From the NCBI RefSeq assembly GCF_032191835.1, contig NC_083229.1, forward strand, positions 48,484,001-48,548,000: DNA of 64,000 bases, written 5' to 3'. Made by a program: the position numbers and the translations under genes. Source of the stretch: Heteronotia binoei. Taxonomy: Eukaryota. Below are positions 24,794-36,997 of the stretch, piece after piece. The notes below the pieces were generated by a model. That model was not told the origin of the DNA, did no database searches, and saw only the letters and a program-made list of their open reading frames with translations. Numbering within the stretch: position 1 is the first letter of the stretch; every line of letters begins with the position of its first letter.

Positions 24794-25964
24794 CTTTCAT
24801 TTCCTGCAGCCTAATACAGACTTAATTGCCCCTCATTACTATTGCTGATCAGTAGGAATATTGTTTTCCATTGGCATTTTAAAGAAATATCTTTTTCCGT
24901 AGATCTTTATTCTATAAATCTTTTATAATTGTATTGTTTTTTTCCTGTCCTTTGTGCAAACTGGGCTGAGCAGATGAGGATTCCATCTTAACTAGTAGGA
25001 ACTCCATCTTTAGTAATGAATAACTCCACTCAAAACGGGGTTCCACATCCATGGCAAAGCATGAGGTTTGCCTAGATTCTGACAATTAGGATTGCAAGAT
25101 CCTCCATAGGTCTTACATGTTTGTTCTTCGTTTATTTCAGTTTAGTACTTGAATGAGTTTTTCACTTTCTAAGCCTCATTGTGAGCATAATAATGCGTCT
25201 AGACACTGAAATGCAGCATGCAAGTTATTTCTTTTTACTTCAGATCATTGCAATTGTCTTGGGCCTTAAGGCTTACTCATCATTCTCATTCCTTTACAAG
25301 TGAATGGAGGAATGAGTTGGGAGAGGTAACTGAATCTCTCTAATGTAGCATGTGAACTGCCTTCTTTCAAATTTAGGGGGTTCTTAAATATGAGTTCTCT
25401 TAAATATAAGATTGCCTATTGTGACACTGCAGGACAGTAGTTTCTGTCCATCTTAATCTATGTTAAAATGGCTGTGTTCCTGTCTCTTAATAAGATGTGT
25501 TTTAAAAACTATCTTGAAAGTGGAACTGAAATGAAAGAAAACACGGAATTGGGTCCCACAGATCTATTCCAGTAGTAGAGGAATTTCCCAGAGAAAAGTT
25601 TGTGCCAGAGGGAAGCGCATTTGTTAGCTGTATCCAGTCTAGAGTTGCTGTAGGGAGGATAGGGAGGGAGTTGCTTTCTAGATAAAGGAGCAGGGGGGAA
25701 AGAGGAAACTTTAAGGGATCATTGACAGCATATGCAAAGGAGAGTATTAAAACCATGTCTCCATATTTATATTTTCAAACATTTCTTTTGTAATGAGGCC
25801 TCTTTATTTCAAAGCAGAATGTGTACAAGGTGTAAAGTTGTAATTTGTGCAGACAGAACAGCCAGCTTCCAGATAAACTCTAATAGATGTTGAGTCTTTT
25901 GTCATGCCTGTGTGACTAGAAACCCTTATTTTAAAATTGTGTATTTGGATTTTTTCTGTTGTAG

Positions 25965-26120
25965 ACTGAGAGAATCTACTTCCAAGTATTTTTACCAAAA
26001 GGAGACAAGGAGAAAAGCAAGCCCATGTTCTTTTGTAGTAAATGGAGCATTGGTAAAGTAATTGATTCAGCAGCTTCCTTAGCAAACCTTAAAAATGACA
26101 ACAACAAAAGCACTGCCAAG
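25965..26120 (+). CDS. ZFAND1: ZFAND1 exon 7
   Basis: TERIYFQVFLPKGDKEKSKPMFFCSKWSIGKVIDSAASLANLKNDNNKSTAK; 156 nt. Confidence 0.96.
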
Positions 26121-26209
26121 GTAACTCACAACTGAAGCATCTTCCCATATCCTGTATTTTTATTTGATTTATAATGCAGTAATGCCAGGATTTCTTTTTA
26201 ATTTTTCAG

Positions 26210-26380
26210 AAATTAAGACTTTGCCACCCAGCATCTCGAGAAGCTATGCCTTTGGACCATACCTTGGCATCTTGGATAAGCAACAAAGAATGCCCACTCT
26301 ATAATGGTGGAAATGTTATCTTGGAATATCTTGATAATGAAGCTCAGTTTTTAGAAGATACAAATTCATATATAGAATAA
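26210..26380 (+). CDS. ZFAND1: ZFAND1 exon 8 (last; ubiquitin-like domain end)
   Basis: KLRLCHPASREAMPLDHTLASWISNKECPLYNGGNVILEYLDNEAQFLEDTNSYIE*. Exons sum to 807 nt = 268 aa plus stop. Confidence 0.96.
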   Translation, partial: KLRLCHPASREAMPLDHTLASWISNKECPLYNGGNVILEYLDNEAQFLEDTNSYIE

Positions 26381-28854
26381 TTACAAGGAGCTCTTGATAT
26401 GTAATAATCAGATTCAGTACAAAACAAGGTTCTTGGACTGTTTAAAGCTGTGTGGCATAAGGGGAGGTGGTTTATTGACAGGAATCGGTTTTAGAAGCAG
26501 ACATATTAGAATATAGCTTACTCCATTCTACAGGACAAGGATCTGAATAACTTGCACATATTTGTCCCTTGATGCTTCTTGACCTAAAGCGTGAACTGTC
26601 TCCATTGAAAAGTATTAAGTCTGATTTGACAATCAGGGCAGCTGTATTGGTCTGCACTAGAAAAGCTAGATTCAAGCCCAGTATCACCTTAGAAATGAAC
26701 CAAGATTTTCGGATTATAAGCTTTCAAGAGTCAAAGCTCCCCTCACCAAAGTTGACATCGGATGCTCTGAAAACCCCACGGGTGATCTGTGCTGCCTCAT
26801 TAGCACACACAATTCACCATAAATGCAGAAGCTAGCTTCTGATGAGCTTATGGGAAAAGCATCCAAACATTACTTCGATTCTTAACTCTACAGAGAAGCT
26901 GGTGTTTAGAGAAACTTCTAGAATGTGAGATGGTGAAATGTGCAGGTACAAGTTAGTTTGTGAAAAGGTTACACTTTGTTGTCACCATGATTTCTTTTGT
27001 CTGTGTTGCAGAAGACCTTGGCATTTTCTTAACACAGATCTTGGTGACTGAAAATTTACTCAGAAACTAAGATGATGTAATCAAACAAGGAAATATGTGG
27101 TGATACAAAGACACTTTGTCTTCACCACCTTACATCTACTGCTCCTGTGCTGTCCTCCTGATCACTAGGCATAGCACCATGTGCACAGCCTCTGAAGCAC
27201 TTCACTGTATCACAAGATGGAGGTTGAGAGGGAGCACATGTTCTTTCATTCCATCCTCTTACTTCAAAGCTAGTTGTTTCTCAGAGCTAATAGGAAGAAT
27301 GGAAGTTGTAAAAACTGTTTTTATGCCCACCAAGTGTTTGCAAGCACATGCCTTGCATAACAAAGTTGGTGTATGAAAACTTTCTGCCAATGCAGTATGC
27401 AGTGTCTGTTACAGTATGCAGCAGAGAATTTTCTGTTGTGACCCTGATTTTATGGAATTACCTACAGAAGGAAAGCTGATTAACATAAGCTTGTTGACCA
27501 TAGGCATTTTTGTTTTAAGGACAAGCTTTAAGGGAGACTGGGGTTTTGAACTGGTACTTGGTTCACGATTGCAGTACTTAAATTTTATATCAGAACAGCA
27601 TTTGGAGTTTTGTGTTTGTTATCATTAGTTTGATAGTGTTTTTGGCATCTGCTCTACATTCATGATGCAAGAACTGAAAGACCACTGTTCTGTATTAGAC
27701 TAAAAACTTCATCTTGTCCAGCATCCTATTCCACATAGCTGACAGCCAGATGATTTGGGGAACTCCACAAATGCTCATGAAATCTGGAAAGCCACTGGAG
27801 GAAAACCCCCCACAAACTATATATCCAGGAAAGCTTTGCATTTTACAATATCTTTGTCAATTATTTCAGTTGCAAACTTCTGGAACATGCAGAATTGTAT
27901 TTCAGTACAATGCACAGTATAACCACATGCTGCTAGAACTATTGAGTTCTTTGATATCAGAGCACCAGCTATCTTTGGTTTGAAATAAAGTACATAGTTG
28001 TAATTTTGGCTATGGATAGAAAAGACTGATGGGGCTATTTGTTTACATGTTTAAATGTTTGGCACCGAAACTTAGATCAACCTGATAAATAGATACAATT
28101 TTGAAGCATTTACAATGAAACCATGGCATTCAAGACAAACACATAACCTATCTCTATGAATACTGGAATGACTCAGTCCCATGCAGGGAAGAATAAAGAG
28201 TAAGCAAGTACTTGGGGCTTAATCGCTCTCATGTTTATTTTCACTATATGGACAAAATAATGGGAGTCCTTTGGGGATTTAGCTTGATCCTTGCTATAGG
28301 GTAAATGAGCATACCTATCAACAATCGAAGCCTAACTTTTGATGTTGCAGCAGGGAAATTGAATCTCTCTAAATATTGTTATAGTCCATCTTTCCCTTTC
28401 AGCTCAGAGTTCCCCAGCGTAGTACCCAAGGGTGCCATGATGCCCACCAAGTGTTTCAGGACATGGGATGGGGCCATCTGGGACTTTTGCCCAGTAGGGC
28501 TTCTGATTGGTTATTGGAGATGATTGGCTGCAGATTTTTAAAATTATGCTTTGGTAGCAGCTGCCAAGCATAGCATGTCATAGTACAGTATGACTGTAGA
28601 TAAGATGTATGCAAGAAAATATTTTTAAACAATATGTTCATTTGAAAATGGAGCTTCTGTCTGAAATGTTGGTTACTTTTAGTTACACATAGCCCCACTA
28701 CCTGAGATTTTGTGGCAGCAATTTTTTCTTGTGCACACCATCCAGTGTCAGAATTTCAAGGGTCCCTCCGGCTCAAAAGGCGAGGGATTTAAACAGATGT
28801 AAATAGTGTGTTTAAGTACAACTGTGCAACCATCTTTTTAAAGAGAAAAGTTTG

Positions 28855-29150
28855 AGTCCAGTGGCACCTTTAAGATGAAAGTTTATTTCTGAACAAGGCT
28901 TTTTTGGTAGAAAAAGCCCAGTAGGAACTCCGTTACATATTACGTCACACCCCCTGATGCCAGCATTGTTTCACACGGCTTTTTTTAGAAAAAGCCCAGC
29001 AGGGACTCATTTGCACATTGGGCCACACCCCTGACACCAAGTCTGCAAGAACCATGTTCCTGCTCAAAAAAGCTTATACTCTTGAGTATTTCATCAGTTT
29101 CTACCCAGAATTAAAGTTTCTTGGTCTTAAAGGTGCCACTGGACTCAAAT
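28855..29150. mobile_element. Penelope-like inverted relic with a nested octamer-family MITE (~28895-29075)
   Basis: GAGTCCAGTGGCACCTTTAAGA...TCTTAAAGGTGCCACTGGACTC inverted ends enclose AAAAAGCCCAGCAGG units. Confidence 0.55.
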
Positions 29151-29745
29151 TCTGTTCTTTTGCTTCAGACCATCTAAATCCATTTTAAAAAAAAGAATGG
29201 GTGTCAAAGTGAAGTCCATTAAATTAGGATAATCCCATGACCAGGAACTTTGGCTACCTACATAACATGATAATTCCAGATGGATAGCCACATCAGGCTG
29301 TGGCAACAAAATAAAATGAGTTCAGGGGCATCTTAAATATGAACAAAATTTATTCCAGCCAAAGCTTGTGTGAATCAAGGAAATATGTGGTGACAAAAGT
29401 CACTTGTCTTCACCACCTTACATCTAATGCTCCTGTGTTTGTCGGATGCACCATACATTCATTATGTTGCTATTTTGATGGTCACAACAGGAAAGGCAGG
29501 GAAGATAAAATGCGGGGAAGAGTGGATTTACAACAAAATCTAATTTAAAAGGCCTGATCAGTTTACTCAGTGTTGGGAGAGTGTTAACAGTCTTGCTAAT
29601 GAATTTCAATTCAGCAATTTTGTGTTGGAGTCTTTTGAAGTGTTAGTTTTGGGTCAACAACAATGCTCTGCAAAATTAAAATACAATTAAGCTTACTTTA
29701 CCTGTCTTTTTACTGGATCTTGTTTTAAAGACCTCTCTAACATAA

Positions 29746-30040
29746 GAGCCCCATGGCACCAAGTGTTAAAGCTGCAATACTGCAGTCCTAAGCTCTGCTC
29801 ACGACCTGAGTTCGCTCCCTGGTGGAAGCTGGGTTCAGATAGCTGGTTCTAGGTTGACTCAGCCCTCCACCCTTCCGAGGTCAGTAAAATGAGTACGCAG
29901 CTTGCTGAGGGGAGAGTGTAGATGACTGGGGAAGGCAATGGCAAACCACCCCGTAAAAAGTATGTCGTTTAAACGTTGTGAAAGCAACGTCACCTCAGAG
30001 TCGGAAACGACTGGTGCTTGCACAGGGGACCTTTCCTCTT
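29746..30040 (+). mobile_element. Sauria SINE
   Basis: Reverse-complement relative of 17658-17944, with tRNA-like head and BovB-like tail. Confidence 0.88.
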
Positions 30041-30149
30041 TAATATCCACCTTGTGATGATAAAAGCATCAGGCTAACAGACACCAATGCATGTGATAAA
30101 AGTCAACTGTGATGTACAAAATCTTACGCTGGAATAAATTTTGTCATCC

Positions 30150-31250
30150 TGTAAAGTGCCATTGGACTCCTTGTGTCCCGTTTTAGTTTAACAATGCAGA
30201 GGAAATTTTGCTCCTTGAAGGACAATGCACTTGAATTCCTTCCGCCGTGCAATGCGAACAAAGCATCTCGGTCCGGCTTCGCTCTTTTGCTGCAGGCTTT
30301 GTACCTCACCGCTTCACCCATCCCAGCGGACTCCAGAGGGCGCGCAAATACCAACACAACACGAGCTCCCTTCTGCCTTCCCCTTAGCAGCGTAGTCGCA
30401 GTAAGGGACGGAACCCCTGAGGGTGGAGGGGGGGGGTTAGATTAGGAGGTACCTGCGCAGTGGGCGCGTTGAGGCTGTCACGTGCCAGACTTTGAGCCCG
30501 GCTTTAAGAGTGCGACAACTGCCTGAGCGCAGGGGCTGGTGGCGGGGATGTCCTTTCGCCCAACTGTCTTTTTCTAGCTCTGAGGAACTCTTCCCCCGCC
30601 TTCATCGGTAAGTTGCCACTTTGGGGGAAGCTGCGCCTGCCCGCCGTCGATGCAGCTAAGGGTGTTTTTTGCCAGGCAGGAAATGGTGGTTTTGCAGAGG
30701 AAAGGGGCTAGCCTTTGCACGGGGAACGAAGCGCAGGAAAAGCCGAAACAGCTCCGCCCTCTTCATCGTCACGCCCTCCTCCTGATGGGGGGCCAAAGAG
30801 CGGGCGGGAGGGGACAGAGCCGGTGCTGGCTCCTCCTGGCTGGGCGGGCTTCTCCATATCTGGGCTGGTGATGCGCCTTTCAGTACGCACGTATTTCCCG
30901 GGTTTGTCCCCACGCTGGAAGTGGATTTCTTATTTATGTTTCGGACAGTGTTCCTTCTGTGCTGAGTTAGTGTGAACTAACTTATAGTTTTTTAGTCTCC
31001 GGTTCACACATTTTTGTCTTAGCTTAGGAAAAATGGCCCCAGAGCAATTATGCAGTAGTTCGCAATTGTAATGCCAGTAGTTCCCAAAGTAGAATTTTTG
31101 CTCACGAGACTCCACTTCTTAAAGGGAGCATTGGTATGGAGACTGAATCGTCGCCCAAATTAATGACAACCGCAGGCTTGATTCGTATGCTGCAAGATCA
31201 TGGTTGTTTGGAAGCGCTTATCTATCTCCTCTCCTTTCTTCCAGACATTC
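30150..31250 (+). promoter_or_regulatory. CpG-island promoter of IMPA1 with non-coding first exon ending at 30607 (TSS approx. 30520-30540)
   Basis: CpG-dense; GTCACGTG at 30477-30484; TTTAAG at 30503-30508; strong donor TCG|GTAAGT at 30607/30608. TSS position is inferred. Confidence 0.7.
30946..31133. mobile_element. Non-autonomous hAT-like element (CAGTGTTCC-type ends)
   Basis: Closely resembles the copy at ~55806-55997. Confidence 0.6.
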
Positions 31251-34200
31251 TTTATTGGAAAAGGGTCACATCCCTCCGCGGGCCTGTCCTTGAAGGAGGA
31301 AGGATTAGCTGAGGAAGCCTTGGTGAGGCCTGCACTGAGCTGTGAGCCAGGTGAGGCAACCTTTGCAAAGGAAGGGCAGCCCCATGGCCATCAGCCCTAG
31401 GACTTTCCCAGGTGGTCTTGCTGGCCAGTCCACACTTCTCCCCAGCTCATGCAAAACCAAGGAATCACAGATATATTTTTCTAGTTTACTAATAGGCATA
31501 ATTTTTATGTTATTAAAGTAAGTGTGTGAAATGATAGTATGTTGCTGTGTAGGGATATGGTAGGCCTGATGAAATAACACTAGTGCTTCCTTGCCTGAGG
31601 TGCTTTAAGAGAAGAAGGCATATTTGTTTATTTTAAAAAAAGTCTTTTAAGGTTTTAAAAACTTGACTCAGAACTGCTACTAGGTGAGATGTGAGTGGGT
31701 GGTGATGATGATCTTCAGTACATAAGTAGGAATTATCCATTAGATTTCTTCTTTTTTGTATTTTTATGTGAATGCATGTGTGCACCTGGAAGTCATGTTG
31801 ACCTCTGGTGACTGACCTTTACTTGGAGGCATGGAGGATATTTAGAGAGATGGTTGATTAAAGCCTGCCCTTGCCTCTGGTCCCTGTTGTGGAAGTTTGG
31901 TGGGTGACCTTAGGCTAATCACAAGCCCTCAGCCCCTCACAGTGCTGTTGTGATGATAAAATGGAGGTGAGAATGATGGTAGCTGCTGAAAGGGTGCCCA
32001 TTGAGGAGAAGGGTGTAGTAGAAATAAAATAGTAACTGTTCACAGGTCATTAGCGAAGGAATCTACAATCAGTCATTCCTAATAACCCCTCAAAGCAACC
32101 TCTCGTTTTTATTTTTTTGCCAGCCAAAGTTGTCCAGTCTTTTACTTGATGAATCTCACTTGGGTACAAGTTCTCATATGTCTGCAAATGTGTGAACATG
32201 ATTAATTGAAGCAGATTCCTGCCAATTGCAGGCATCTTTAACAATTTGCATCTGCCCAACATCATGCAACAAATAGAGAAAGGTGTAGTCCACACTTAAC
32301 AAAACTATTCACATTTTGAAACCACCCCCCCACCGGTCCGCCTTTTCCACCTTGAAAATTTGGAGAAGCTGCAATGTGAAGAGAAATCTTACCAGACACA
32401 GAAACAGCTTTCCTCTTGATACTAGGATCCCTAGCTAGGTAGGAGAGGAAAACAGGATGGCTTGCTTCTGTGCCTTTAACAGAAGTTTGGTATTCAGTGG
32501 GTGAAGCTTTTCATGGCATAGAGCTAGAAGTTATTACATGATAATTGCTATTGTTGAAGGATTACAGGGACAGATGTAAAGGTGCTCCTCTAAATCTGTT
32601 CTGCCAAATGACTGTTTAAAGGTTCGTTGCCTCAGTGATTTTCATCTATGCAAAAGTTGGTTGCAAAAGAAGGTGAAAACAATATGGATGTTGCTGGCAT
32701 TAAACTGAAGGCAACTATGTGTCACAGGCTTTCAGTGGAGGAGGTATGATGATTATATTAATTAAATGATTAATATACATTTCCAGAAGCAAGACTAGAA
32801 CAGACATCCAGATTCCTGAGAACCAAGCCTACTTTAAAATTCTTAGGCATCATTTTTTTAGATAGTCATGGTTCTCCAGTTATTTTGGGAAGAAGGTAGT
32901 TCATTATTTACTCCTGTTTCTTGTATTATAATGTTGTATTTTCATCTTTCATTAACAGCAATTTCATGGGTTAACCTCTTCCTCTTGCTTGCTATTGAAA
33001 CATGTTTTCCTTTAATTTGACTCTGCAAATTTTAGCAATGGAACCCTTGCTTATTAGCACTGGAAATTGTCCAGTCTTACTTGCCAGTGCTGGTCTTAAA
33101 ACTTCTGAAATTGAATGAAGTCTTAGCTGTATAATGAAGACTAGCCTTAAATGGCTCAGGGCAGTAAAGTAATGCTGTAACATCTAGTTCTGATGGGTGC
33201 CTCCACTTTGCTGATCAAACAGTCAGAGAAGGGAATACTCAGGGCATAGATGCATGCCTTTCTGCAACCCTGGGACTATTCTCGGTTTGTACAAAATGCT
33301 TACCCATCCCCAAGGGAAAAAATAACTCATGCTTTTGTCAGAAAAAAATCTATATAGTGAGATATGTGTTTTTGTTTTGTTTTAAGGCTCAGAACCACCT
33401 GGGAGAGAATCGAAGCAAGTAGACATGTTGGGAGGGAAACTGGTTATTAGGAACAGCGCAGGGGGGGCGGGTGGAACCTGGCAGTCAGGGAGAAGAATGA
33501 ATGAATAGATGGTTTGGACTGGAGGATGGGATTTGATAGTAGAGTAGTAGGGGAGAAACCAGGGAAGCAGAGACTGAGGAAGAGGGGGAGGAGGCAGAGA
33601 TGGGATTTCTGGGGGCCACTTCCTTGTTATTCTGGTGTTTGGAAATGAACAGTAGTAGTATTGAAATATCTTTTCTGCCTAATACTTCCATTTTAGCAAT
33701 TTACATAATAAGCCAAAATCTCCTGTCTGTTTTGAATCATTCTGATTCATGTGTTTTAATGTGTTCTCTGATTGGGTTTGTAGCTATACTTGGAAATAAA
33801 CCCTATTGAAAGTGTGAGACTTCCTTGTGAGTAAATATGTTTAGGAGTATTATGCAAGTTGTGAAATTATATAGCTTATTTATTACATTCCATCATTTCA
33901 ATGTCTGTTGGGAAAGTTTGACCAAGTGCATTTTATGCTTTTATAGAAAAGTTTCCCTGGTTAAAGAAATTTGATGGCATGGCTGCATGCTATTTCTGCT
34001 GGCCTCATATGTCAGTCACATTGTAGTTTCCCCATCTGAGCACTTTAAGAGTATTTGTGGTCTGACTCTGATCAGCACACTGACACCCCCACTCAGTGTT
34101 ACCCCCACCCAGTGTCATTATAATCAAAGCCAAGCAGTTTCTATGCACATGCTGGGAGAAGTGAAAGTAACAGAACTGCCAGGTAGATCATCTAAGTGAC

Positions 34201-34769
34201 AGAAGGTGGCTGGTTGCCAGATTGCATTAGCCTGGACAATGTCAGCATGACTCAGCAGCAAGCTGATTGGTTACCTGGGTGGATGATGTGTATAAATGTA
34301 CAAAGACACTTTACTAGGTGTGGGATATGTATGGTGGAGTTGCAGCGGAGTATTCTGTCGGTTTGGAGAGTGGAGGTGTAAATAAATTGTAGATAGTGAT
34401 TTTATCACTGCTGTGTGCAAGCCTTCATTCTTTGCGTCACTAAAGAACACCCTCACTAAGCACAGGCGCATCAACACCCAGGTGTATATAAGAGCGCCAT
34501 CTTGAAACAGTTTTGAAAGACAACTCAAGCAAGCTATGGGAACCAAAAGTGTAGTTAAAGCACTGGTAAGACAAAGTATTTTTTTTCCTGGAATTAATTT
34601 TATTTAGAAGATTAATTTTATTTATAAATTGCATATTTCAGCAGGAATGAATCAAACTACTAAAGAAAGCAGAGTCTGTCCAAATTTTAATCACATAATC
34701 AATATTTTATTTTGTATATGATATTTTGCTTCTGCACATGGTAAAATATGTATTTTTACTTAGGTAACG

Positions 34770-34832
34770 ATGGCTGATCCTTGGCAAGAATGCATGGACT
34801 ATGCAATCACTTTAGCAAGAAAAGCTGGAAAG
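34770..34832 (+). CDS. IMPA1: IMPA1 (inositol monophosphatase 1) first coding exon (acceptor at 34763/34764)
   Basis: MADPWQECMDYAITLARKAGK; GTAAAG donor. Confidence 0.97.
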
Positions 34833-35073
34833 GTAAAGGAACAGAGTTTGAGTCCAGTGGCACCTTAAGACCAATGAAGTTTAATTCTGGGTATAAACGT
34901 TAGTGTGCATGCACACTTCTTCAGATGGAGAGGTCAAGATTATTTACCTTTCTGAAGGAAAAGTTTGATTGCAGCTGTCAATTGATTGCAGAGTGTTGTG
35001 TTGTTTATCTGTATTATTGGAGGCCATATTACCTGCTCCTTTCCAAAAAGTCACGTAAAGTATTTATTTTCAG

Positions 35074-35207
35074 ATAATCTGTGAGGCACTGAAGGAGGAA
35101 ATAGCTGTCATGGTTAAAAGCTCTCCTGCAGATCTAGTGACAGTCACAGATCAGAAAGTGGAAAACATGATTATTTCTTCTATAAAAGAAAAATATCCTT
35201 CTCATAG
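35074..35207 (+). CDS. IMPA1: IMPA1 coding exon 2
   Basis: IICEALKEEIAVMVKSSPADLVTVTDQKVENMIISSIKEKYPSH; 134 nt. Confidence 0.97.
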
Positions 35208-35344
35208 GTACGGAATGTTTATGAATTAAGTTTTATGAAGAAGCATCTGAAAAGTATGAATTATTGTGAAGGATGTGTATTATACATTCTTCCAGACAAA
35301 CTATCTTCAACTCTCTCTTTTGAATATTTGCTCACTCATTCTAG

Positions 35345-35449
35345 TTTTATTGGTGAAGAATCTGTTGCAGCTGGTGCAGGAAGTGTTTTAACTGATAATC
35401 CCACCTGGATTATTGATCCTATTGATGGAACCACTAACTTTGTTCACAG
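35345..35449 (+). CDS. IMPA1: IMPA1 coding exon 3
   Basis: [35 protein letters not shown] with the metal-binding DPIDGT motif; 105 nt. Confidence 0.98.
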
Positions 35450-35571
35450 GTATGTTTTTGCATCTCACACCACCCACCATGGGGAAACAATAACTGTACC
35501 ATTTTTTCTTAGAAATTGAAAAATGTAATTTTTATATTGAGTGCAATGTATTGATCTTTTTTGTTTTCCAG

Positions 35572-35617
35572 GTTTCCCTTCGTAGCAGTTTCCATTGGTT
35601 TTGTAGTAAATAAAAAG
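35572..35617 (+). CDS. IMPA1: IMPA1 coding exon 4
   Basis: FPFVAVSIGFVVNKK; 46 nt. Confidence 0.96.
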
Positions 35618-35742
35618 GTAATTAGTTGCATTATTTTAATATTCAGGGGGGAAAAGTTTCCATCCTAGTTTATTTCCATAACATTAAAGAATATTGATTA
35701 TTAAAGACACTAAAGCATTGCATTGCATTTTTCTGGTGGCAG

Positions 35743-35851
35743 ATGGAATTTGGAGTTGTGTTTAGCTGTGTAGAAGACAAGATGTACACTGCTAGGAAAG
35801 GGAAAGGTGCATTTTGCAATGGGCAGAAGCTCCATGTATCACAGCAACAAG
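35743..35851 (+). CDS. IMPA1: IMPA1 coding exon 5
   Basis: MEFGVVFSCVEDKMYTARKGKGAFCNGQKLHVSQQQ; 109 nt. Confidence 0.96.
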
Positions 35852-36888
35852 GTGAGGCTTTTATTTTGTGTTTTACTTTCTAAAATGTGAAGGAGGAATG
35901 ACAGAATAATTAATGAAAAGCAGTGTTTGGACAAAATACATTTCAGCTGAAATCTAGCTGTCAACCAAGGAACCAATGGCAGGAGTGTTGTGTTTTTTTA
36001 AAACTGTCTTTCAGAACTGAGTCTAATAATTAAAACACAAAACAACATGGGATTTGTTTGTTTTTTGGTCTGATGGAATGAATTTGCTTTTGCATGCCTT
36101 ACAGGCATCCTAACCTGCAAACTTATTCCTGGTTAACTAGTTTTCTTGGTACATTCCTCTCTTCCCATGCTGTGAAGGACTGTGCATCTTTAAAAAATAA
36201 TTTTGTGGGGAGGGGAATGAAGGTCCAGTCAGTTGCATGTTTGTATCCTCTGCTTTCATAATTGGTTCAGTTAAAAAATCTGTTTAAAACATTTGTGTTG
36301 TGACATTGCAGGCACCAGCCACACAACTCTGTATATAGCCAACATCAAGGGCTGACAGGCAGAATTGGTTTCTCTGAGCTTGATCCTGGATAGGAAATAG
36401 CTTGTGTGAACAAAACACAGTGAGCGTAAATTCTAGTGCAGCCTCATTTGTCAATTTGTGTGTGCCTGACTGCAGCCCAGCACAGATTTTCAGGACAGGA
36501 GACAATGGGAGGAAAGAGGCAGAAGCTTGTGGGAAATAGTTGATCCTGGCTCTGTAAGTCAAATTGATGCAATAGGACTGGTTCTTATTAAGACCCATTT
36601 AGATCAGCTCTTCAGTTCCTTGTTGAATCACAAGGGGATTACAGCAAGAACATAGTAACAGTAGGTCATGGCAATCCAGATAAGTATGACATAAGGACAA
36701 ACCATATTCTTGACAGCTCTTGTGGTTTTATGAACAAAATGGAAGCATATTTTGTTGGTACCTTTCTTAAAATGCTGATAGCATACTTTCATTATTCACC
36801 TTGTTCTGTTTGAATTGAATAACTAGTAAAAATAAATCAAAATTAAGTATACAGTAGATGCCTTTATGTTTGCCAATTTCCCCCCCAG

Positions 36889-36997
36889 ATATTACAAAAG
36901 CACTCATAGTGAGCGAACTGGGATCCAGTCGTGAACCGGAGGTTTTAAAAACTGTGCTTTCTAATATGCAAAGGCTCCTAAGTATTCCTATACATGG
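36889..36997 (+). CDS. IMPA1: IMPA1 coding exon 6
   Basis: ITKALIVSELGSSREPEVLKTVLSNMQRLLSIPIHG; 109 nt. Confidence 0.96.

Noticed and set aside
24235-24825. 196-aa ORF
   Set aside because: ZFAND1 exon 6 read through into intron and MITE sequence.
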